A stretch of DNA of 21,078 nucleotides, from the UHGV virus genome UHGV-0370164; one strand, 5' to 3'. The notes beneath the pieces are model-generated. The model was given only the letters and a program-made list of their open reading frames with translations. It was not told the origin of the DNA and ran no database searches. Source of the DNA: a virus. Shown in pieces: positions 14,850-21,078 of this stretch. The translations under genes were made by a program, and so were the position numbers. The stretch's first letter is position 1, and each line of letters starts with the position of its first letter.

Positions 14850-16982
14850 ATGAGTACCACAACACGAAAATTTAAAACCGTTATCACCGATACAGGTGCA
14901 AAAAAATTAGCTCAGGCAGCCGCGCCAGATGGTAAGCCTGTCCGCCTGACTCATATGGCCGTGGGCGACGGTGGCGGCGCGTTGCCCACACCAGACAGTA
15001 AGCAGACCCGTCTGGTGCATGAGGTGTGGCGACACACTGTTAATCGCGTCATCCTGGACGCAACACATCAGAACCGCATTATTGCGGAGCTGGTTATTCC
15101 TCCAGAAACGGGCGGATTCTGGATCCGGGAAATTGGTGTGTTTGATGAGCACGGCGATTTAATCGCGGTGGGCAATACTGCCGAAAGTTACAAGCCAGCC
15201 GTTGCCGAAGGGTCCGGACGTGCACAAACATTTCGCACCATTCTGACCGTATCCAGCACTGCCACTGTGGCGCTTACCGTGGATAACACCATGGTGATGG
15301 CCACAGTGGATTACGTGGATAACAAACTGAAAGAGCATGAACAGTCACGATGTCACCCGGATGCCTCGCTGACCGCAAAAGGCTTTGTTCAACTCAGTAG
15401 CGCCACTAACAGCGATTCTGAAACGCTGGCTGCAACGCCGAAAGCGGTTAAGGTCGCGTATGATCTTGCTAACGGAAAATATACAGCGCAGGATGCCACA
15501 ACAGCGCGAAAAGGCCTTGTCCAGCTTAGTAGTGCAACCAACAGTACATCTGAAACGCTGGCGGCAACATCAAATGCAGTAAAAGCTGCCTATGACAATG
15601 CTGAAAAACGTCTGCAGAAAGCTAAGAATGGTGAGGATATCTCTGATAAAGACACCTTTACGAAAAATATCGGTGCCTGCCGTGCATATAGTGCAGAGCT
15701 GAATATTGGTGGAGATAGTGAAGCATGGACAACTGCGCAGTTGATTTTTTGGCTAGAGAGTCAGGGGGCATTTAACCATCCTTACTGGATGTGCAAAGGC
15801 TCATGGGCTTATGCAAATAATAAGGTCATTACAGATACAGGTTGCGGAAGTATTTGTCTTGCAGGTGCTGTTGTGGAAGTTATTGGCACCCGCGGCGCAA
15901 TGACCATACGCATTACCACACCGAGTACATCCAGCGGTGAAGGCATCCCTAATGCTCAATTTACTTATATTAATCATGGTGATGCTTATGCTCCTGGCTG
16001 GCGAAGGGACTATAACTCCAGGAATAAGCCAACAGCATCAGAGATCGGGGCGTTACCGTCAGATGGGACAGCAGTATCGTCAGTTAATCTGGCTTCAAAA
16101 GGTCGGCTGACCGCCCTGACAGATAATATGCAGGGGGCCACAGGTCTGGAGTTATACGAGGCGTATAACAACGGATATCCAACAACGTATGGAAATATCA
16201 TTCACCTGAAAGGGATGACAGCCGTTGGCGAAGGCGAATTACTCATCGGCTGGAGTGGTATAAGCGGTGCTCATGCTCCGGCATTTATTCGTTCACGACG
16301 GGATACGACCGACGCAAACTGGTCGCCGTGGGCGCAGCTTTACACCTCGGCTCATCCTCCTGAAGAGTTTTATCCAGTCGGTGCACCGATTCCGTGGCCA
16401 TCAGATACCGTTCCGTCTGGTTATGCCCTGATGCAGGGGCAGACTTTTGACAAATCTGCATACCCGAAACTTGCAGTCGCTTATCCGTCAGGCGTTATTC
16501 CTGATATGCGTGGCTGGACGATTAAGGGCAAGCCCGGCAGTGGTCGTGCCGTATTGTCTCAGGAACAGGACGGCATTAAATCGCACACCCACAGCGCCAG
16601 CGCATCCAGTACGGATTTGGGGACGAAAACCACATCGTCGTTTGATTACGGTACTAAAACGACCAGTTCATTTGATTACGGCACAAAAACTACGAATAGC
16701 GCTGGAAATCATTCACACAATATACCTGTTGGTCACACTGGCGCGGGGAATGGTGTATCAGCCGGTTATAACGCTGCGTTAGGTACTGGTACCACGTCGA
16801 GCGCAGGCGAGCATGCTCACAATGTATATATCGGTGCCCATAACCACACTATCGGCATTGGTGCTCATGCCCATTCTGTCATTATTGGTCCCCACGGACA
16901 CACCATCACCGTTAACGCTACGGGTAACGAAGAAAACACCGTAAAAAACATCGCATTTAACTATATTGTGAGGCTTGCATAA
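14850..16982 (+). CDS. Tail fibre protein, P2 gpH-like, with His-rich distal domain
   Basis: 710 aa; conserved N-terminal fibre domain ([48 protein letters not shown]) and duplicated [17 protein letters not shown] segment; C-terminus has HxH-type repeats. Confidence 0.9.
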   Translation: MSTTTRKFKTVITDTGAKKLAQAAAPDGKPVRLTHMAVGDGGGALPTPDSKQTRLVHEVWRHTVNRVILDATHQNRIIAELVIPPETGGFWIREIGVFDEHGDLIAVGNTAESYKPAVAEGSGRAQTFRTILTVSSTATVALTVDNTMVMATVDYVDNKLKEHEQSRCHPDASLTAKGFVQLSSATNSDSETLAATPKAVKVAYDLANGKYTAQDATTARKGLVQLSSATNSTSETLAATSNAVKAAYDNAEKRLQKAKNGEDISDKDTFTKNIGACRAYSAELNIGGDSEAWTTAQLIFWLESQGAFNHPYWMCKGSWAYANNKVITDTGCGSICLAGAVVEVIGTRGAMTIRITTPSTSSGEGIPNAQFTYINHGDAYAPGWRRDYNSRNKPTASEIGALPSDGTAVSSVNLASKGRLTALTDNMQGATGLELYEAYNNGYPTTYGNIIHLKGMTAVGEGELLIGWSGISGAHAPAFIRSRRDTTDANWSPWAQLYTSAHPPEEFYPVGAPIPWPSDTVPSGYALMQGQTFDKSAYPKLAVAYPSGVIPDMRGWTIKGKPGSGRAVLSQEQDGIKSHTHSASASSTDLGTKTTSSFDYGTKTTSSFDYGTKTTNSAGNHSHNIPVGHTGAGNGVSAGYNAALGTGTTSSAGEHAHNVYIGAHNHTIGIGAHAHSVIIGPHGHTITVNATGNEENTVKNIAFNYIVRLA
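16620..16694 (+). repeat. Tandem 30-bp coding repeat in the tail-fibre gene
   Basis: 2.5 copies encoding [10 protein letters not shown] / [10 protein letters not shown] / GTKTT; copies differ at synonymous sites. Confidence 0.6.
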
Positions 16983-17560
16983 TGACATTCAGAATGAGTG
17001 AACACTCACGGACCATAAAAATTTATAATCTACTGACCGGAACCAATGAGTTTATTGGTGAAGGTGATGCATACATTCCACCTCATACAGGTCTGCCTGC
17101 AAACAGTACCGATATTGCCCCGCCAGATATTCCGGCTGGCTTCGTGGCCGTTTTCAACAGTGATGAGGCATCGTGGCATCTCGTTGAAGACCATCGGGGT
17201 AAAACGGTTTATGACGTGGCATCAGGGGACTCGTTATTTATTTCTGAACTCGGTCCATTACCGGAAAATGTTACCTGGTTGTCGCCGTATGGAGAGTATC
17301 AGAAGTGGAACGGCACATCCTGGGTGAAAGATGCAGAAGCAGAAAAACTGTTTCGGATAAGGGAGGCGGAAGAAACAAAAAACAGCCTGATGCAGGTAGC
17401 CAGCGAGCATATTGCGCCACTTCAGGATGCCGTAGATTTGGATATTGCAACGGAGGAAGAGGCATCGTTACTGGCTGCATGGAAGACATACCGGGTATTG
17501 TTGAATCGTGTTAATACAGCGGTAGCAGCGGATGTTGAGTGGCCAGTCGCCCCACAATAA
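16982..17560 (+). CDS. Tail fibre assembly chaperone, gpG/Tfa-like
   Basis: 192 aa; start overlaps the H stop (TAATG); position and size fit a fibre assembly protein. Confidence 0.8.
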   Translation: MTFRMSEHSRTIKIYNLLTGTNEFIGEGDAYIPPHTGLPANSTDIAPPDIPAGFVAVFNSDEASWHLVEDHRGKTVYDVASGDSLFISELGPLPENVTWLSPYGEYQKWNGTSWVKDAEAEKLFRIREAEETKNSLMQVASEHIAPLQDAVDLDIATEEEASLLAAWKTYRVLLNRVNTAVAADVEWPVAPQ

Positions 17561-17564
17561 AGAG

Positions 17565-17598
17565 AAAAAGCCATCGATTGAAATATAGATGGCTTTAT
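17565..17598. terminator. Bidirectional hairpin between convergent genes
   Basis: AAAGCCATC (17567-17575) / GATGGCTTT (17588-17596) 9-bp stem flanked by an A-run upstream and T-rich sequence downstream. Confidence 0.5.
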
Positions 17599-17603
17599 GT
17601 ACT

Positions 17604-18161
17604 CTATTTATACAATACAACACCGCTCTTTTTAGTTATATATGTGCAGTTCGATGGTATATCTTTATTTATAAAAGACATTGCACCTATTTTTACATTA
17701 TCCCCAATTTTACGTGATAATCCAATGATGCAACAATTAGCTCCGATATCAACGTTACTACCAATTTTTACTCTTGAACCAGGCATGTCACCATCTATCT
17801 GTCCAATGGTAGTATTCTGTCGTAACACCAGATTTTCACCAGCATCAACAGCAAAATGAACAACAATTCCAGCATGATGGGGAATTGTTAACCCTTTTCC
17901 AATATTTGCGCCCAATCCAATTTCACAACCAAATTTGTTAATTATTTTACTGTTTAACTTTTTGGCTGCTTTCTTATGTAATTTATTACCATTAATATAC
18001 ATTTCGTTAGCCAACCGCCACCAGAAAAGGAAATTCCGGTTACGCTGTTTTTTCTCTCTTAAAAGCCTCCAGATATCCATACGTTTCCGCCGAATTACTT
18101 CATATTTCCAGAAGTTTTTTAAATTAGTAGAGTCCCCAAATAAAACAAAGTGAATTGCCAT
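17604..18161 (-). CDS. Hexapeptide-repeat acetyltransferase (WcaB/CysE-like), cargo gene
   Basis: Pattern FLFWWRLAN...FGCEIGLGANIG...TIPHHAGIVV...IGSNVDIGANCCIIG... fits the left-handed beta-helix acetyltransferase family. AT-rich. Start uncertain (GTG 18209, ATG 18161 or ATG 18080). Confidence 0.7.
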   Translation of the reverse strand: MAIHFVLFGDSTNLKNFWKYEVIRRKRMDIWRLLREKKQRNRNFLFWWRLANEMYINGNKLHKKAAKKLNSKIINKFGCEIGLGANIGKGLTIPHHAGIVVHFAVDAGENLVLRQNTTIGQIDGDMPGSRVKIGSNVDIGANCCIIGLSRKIGDNVKIGAMSFINKDIPSNCTYITKKSGVVLYK

Positions 18162-18332
18162 TAAGTAAGACAGCACGATAATCTCCTTAATTATTATTTC
18201 AGACCACACATATTATAAGGTTAAGAGATTATAAAATCCTGTTGTTTGTTATTCAAAAACAATTTTCTGAGAAGGACATACAACAGCAAGTCGCCAGTCA
18301 CCTTCATCAGGAAATTGGCGACATACGTTAAA

Positions 18333-18827
18333 TCAGAGCAGCCCCTTAACTGAGCTGGTCGCGCTATTAAGGGATGATGTCACCTTATCTTTGAAGCCGG
18401 ACAACATATCGCTGAACGATGAGGATTGCAGGCGCTCCCGCAAATCCTCATCACAGCGTTCAAGAGTCAGTGAAAATTCTATCTTTTTCGCCTTACCGTA
18501 GCGATCAAACTCGGAGCGGGTCGTATTCGTTTCGGTCAGGACATACATGCCGTAAATCTGCCCGACGCCATCAATCAGAGGCCAGGGCCGTCCTGTATAC
18601 GCCTGCGTGGTCAGCAGAGACAGCGACACTTCGCCACCTGTAATTTCAGGATAAAGCACACCAGAAAGAACGATGCGATCATCACCTGCACCGATATACT
18701 GCCAGCTTGCTGAACGGTTAACGCGTTCATTTTTCACATGCCGCCAGCTTTTGTTTTGCTGTAACTGCTGATGCGGCAGCGTGCGCAGCTCAAAAACAAA
18801 CATGCCATAGATCATCATCATGGCCAT
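18333..18827 (-). CDS. Tail protein, P2 gpU-like
   Basis: 164 aa immediately downstream of the tape-measure gene; GGAG Shine-Dalgarno between T stop and start; N-terminus MAMMMIYGMFVFEL...WRH resembles gpU as recalled. Confidence 0.75.
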   Translation of the reverse strand: MAMMMIYGMFVFELRTLPHQQLQQNKSWRHVKNERVNRSASWQYIGAGDDRIVLSGVLYPEITGGEVSLSLLTTQAYTGRPWPLIDGVGQIYGMYVLTETNTTRSEFDRYGKAKKIEFSLTLERCDEDLRERLQSSSFSDMLSGFKDKVTSSLNSATSSVKGLL

Positions 18828-18833
18828 GACTCC

Positions 18834-21078
18834 TCAATCTTTATCGTAAAAACTGCCACGCCCGGCACGGGCGCGCCGTTCCATTTCTGCCCTGACCATT
18901 TCACCGACCAGTTTCGCCAGTTCGCGGGGATTCTGCGTAACAACGTTATGCAGATGAACATGAATTTCACCGCCAAATCTGGAGACAGCAGGCTCCCGAT
19001 TACGGGAAGCTGCAGGAACTGATGCCACTGGCGATCGTATGGCCTCCGCCACCGGGCGGGAGCTGGCCGCAACAACAGGGACCAGCGCCGGAGGCAGCGG
19101 AGCCGGGACTACGGGTGTGATATTAATTGCGGGGGCAGGCTTACTGACCTGCGCAATCTTCCGCTCCTGCCACTCCCCACGAACAGCAAGTGCGCGGGGC
19201 AGGTTCTTAAAGACAATATCGCCAGGGCCAATGCGTTTTTTCGTCTCATCAACCAGCTTACCTGTGTTATCAGCAATTTTGCTGAGTCTGCGTAGCGTCC
19301 CGGTATTGCTGTCTGTGAGCGGTTTGTTGTCTTTGGGTTTATCACCTCCGGTGCCATTGCCATTTTCCACAGGCTTCGGCGGATTGATTTTCGCCAGGTC
19401 CCCCTGAAGTAAGGCAACCTTATCCTGAAGAATGGCCGCACGCTGTGCGTCTTCGATTTTCTTGCGCGCCCTTTCCGCTTCATCCGGAAGGACGCCAAGT
19501 TTTTCAAGTATCCACGCCAGCGTATCCAGTAGCATTTTTGCAGGTGTCAGAACAAGTTGTAACGCACCGCCAAGAACGTTACCGAATATCTCGCCAGCAC
19601 TGGTACATTTATCCAGCGTTTCCTTGCTGGACTCCATCGGTGACAGCAGCGATTTAAACCAGTTAAACACCTGGCTGATCCCGCTTCCGATTGCGTCAAA
19701 AACAGGGCCAAACCGTTCAAAGGTTTCACGCAACGGGTTCAGCCTTTCCATAATCCCGCTGAACACCCCGGCAAAAAATGCCCTGATGGGATCCCAGTAT
19801 TTCCAGATAAGGACGGCAGCTCCGGCAAGCGCAGCCACGATAAGACCAACCGGACTGAACAGCGCCCCGATAGCGCCTCCCAGTAAAGAAACGGAACCCG
19901 TCACCATTCCCCATAGTGCTGGCAGGACCCTGACAGCATTCATTGATCCGGTCAGGAGAGAAAAACCAAGACGCAGTTTTGCCAGCGGACCAGCAAGCAC
20001 ACCAATAGCCAGCGACAACGAGCCAACCGTTGCAGTCATTGCCAGCAACGCACCGCCTGCTATCAGTAGCTGGCGCGTCAGTGCCGGATGGGCCTGCGCC
20101 AGCGCCGTCACCCTTGATACCACCCGCGTGAGCCACTGCGTGACAGAACGCAGCGGACCGTCAATCAGATCTGCAATGCGGATGCGCAACCCTTCCCATG
20201 CACTGCCGAGTGATTTCAGATCGCCGTCAAGGTTGTTGGCCATAACCTTTGCTGTGCGTTCAGCCTCACCGCGCGCGCCTTCAAGTTCTTTTCTCAGTTT
20301 GGGTAAGGAACCGTCACCCACTGCATCAACGAGCGCCATAAACGATGTGAAAGCCTCTTCTCCGGCAATGTCCTTAAAGAACGATACCCGGTCAACTTCC
20401 CCGTATTTGCGGGTGGCTTTATAAAGGTCGGCCAGCACATCCTCCATCGGGCGCATTTTGCCCCCGGCATCCGAGACGGACACGCCCAGCTCTTTCAGAG
20501 CTTCTGCCGCCGCCTTTGGCGGTGATGCCAGACGAGCCAGGCTGGCACGCATTGCCGTCCCGGCATCACTCCCTCTGATGCCCATATTCGCCAGCACACC
20601 AGCCATCGCTGCGGCCTGCTCCAGCGATATTCCCAGCTTACCCGCCACCGGACCTGCATATTTCATGGTTTCGCCCAGTGCGCGAAGGTCAGTGTTGGTA
20701 CGGGTAAACGCTGCGGTGAGTGTGTCACCGACCCGGTCCATCTGGTCAGCAGAAAGGCCGAACTGCGTCAGGATATTTGAGCCAATATCTGCCGTCTCGC
20801 CGAGATCCATACCGCCAGCCGTTGCCATGCTCAGCACTCCGGGAAGCGCAGCCTGAATGGCCTGCGGTGTGAAGCCTGCCATTGCAAGAAATGCCTGCCC
20901 ACTGGCGGCATCGCCTGCGGTGAACTGCGTTTCAGAGCCAAGTTTTAACGCCTGCTCACGCAGCGCCTTAAACTGCGGGCTGTTCTGGTCGATTCGCGTC
21001 AGCGCCTGAACGCGGGACATCTCTTTGCCGAACCCGATCGCGGGCTGCAAAAAACGCCCGGCAGCATAGCCGCCCGCC
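18834..21078 (-). CDS. Tail tape-measure protein, gpT-like (5' end beyond window)
   Basis: Over 740 aa, Ala/Gly-rich with a hydrophobic central segment; frame stays open to the window edge. Confidence 0.85.
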   Translation of the reverse strand, partial: AGGYAAGRFLQPAIGFGKEMSRVQALTRIDQNSPQFKALREQALKLGSETQFTAGDAASGQAFLAMAGFTPQAIQAALPGVLSMATAGGMDLGETADIGSNILTQFGLSADQMDRVGDTLTAAFTRTNTDLRALGETMKYAGPVAGKLGISLEQAAAMAGVLANMGIRGSDAGTAMRASLARLASPPKAAAEALKELGVSVSDAGGKMRPMEDVLADLYKATRKYGEVDRVSFFKDIAGEEAFTSFMALVDAVGDGSLPKLRKELEGARGEAERTAKVMANNLDGDLKSLGSAWEGLRIRIADLIDGPLRSVTQWLTRVVSRVTALAQAHPALTRQLLIAGGALLAMTATVGSLSLAIGVLAGPLAKLRLGFSLLTGSMNAVRVLPALWGMVTGSVSLLGGAIGALFSPVGLIVAALAGAAVLIWKYWDPIRAFFAGVFSGIMERLNPLRETFERFGPVFDAIGSGISQVFNWFKSLLSPMESSKETLDKCTSAGEIFGNVLGGALQLVLTPAKMLLDTLAWILEKLGVLPDEAERARKKIEDAQRAAILQDKVALLQGDLAKINPPKPVENGNGTGGDKPKDNKPLTDSNTGTLRRLSKIADNTGKLVDETKKRIGPGDIVFKNLPRALAVRGEWQERKIAQVSKPAPAINITPVVPAPLPPALVPVVAASSRPVAEAIRSPVASVPAASRNREPAVSRFGGEIHVHLHNVVTQNPRELAKLVGEMVRAEMERRARAGRGSFYDKD

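Larger units (their letters stand above)
1037..21078. mobile_element. P2/186-like prophage, partial and apparently defective, continuing past the window end
   Basis: att core at a tRNA fragment, P2-type integrase, repressor/Cox-type switch, gpA-type replication initiator, portal Q, terminase P, tail genes I/H/G/U/T in largely P2-like order. Confidence 0.85.

Noticed and set aside
19432-20424. 330-aa plus-strand ORF (and 19039..19407, 19726..20136, 20458..20856)
   Set aside because: Antisense or out-of-frame to the tape-measure gene; Ser/Pro/Ala-rich low-complexity translations.
1-21078. CRISPR arrays, insertion sequences, rRNA genes
   Set aside because: No regularly spaced direct repeats with unique spacers, no transposase-like ORF or terminal inverted repeats, and no rRNA-like sequence seen.

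Overview
The window is the integrase-proximal part of a P2/186-like (Peduovirus-type) prophage inserted next to a 55-nt 3' fragment of a tRNA-Leu-like gene (1037-1091), with roughly 1 kb of AT-rich flank to its left; the prophage runs off the right edge. All identifications are from reading the ORF translations and the DNA by eye; no database search was run. Left to right: a leftward lysogeny operon (HTH repressor, two unknown cargo proteins, integrase); a switch region with an operator palindrome; a rightward early operon of small ORFs ending in a rolling-circle initiator (gpA-like); a plasmid-type ParM/ParR partition module with paired palindromes; a small promoter/structured-leader/ORF/terminator unit; portal (Q-like) and large terminase (P-like) on the minus strand; then tail genes I, H (tail fibre) and G (fibre assembly) on the plus strand. 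The terminase 5' end abuts and overlaps the gpI start, so the capsid, lysis and most baseplate genes appear deleted. After G comes an AT-rich hexapeptide-repeat acetyltransferase, then gpU-like and tape-measure genes on the opposite strand from I-H-G with no gpD. The best candidates for undescribed biology are the cargo loci: the repressor-linked two-gene module (2205-3232), the ParMR module and adjacent small-ORF unit between gpA and the portal gene, and the acetyltransferase between G and U.
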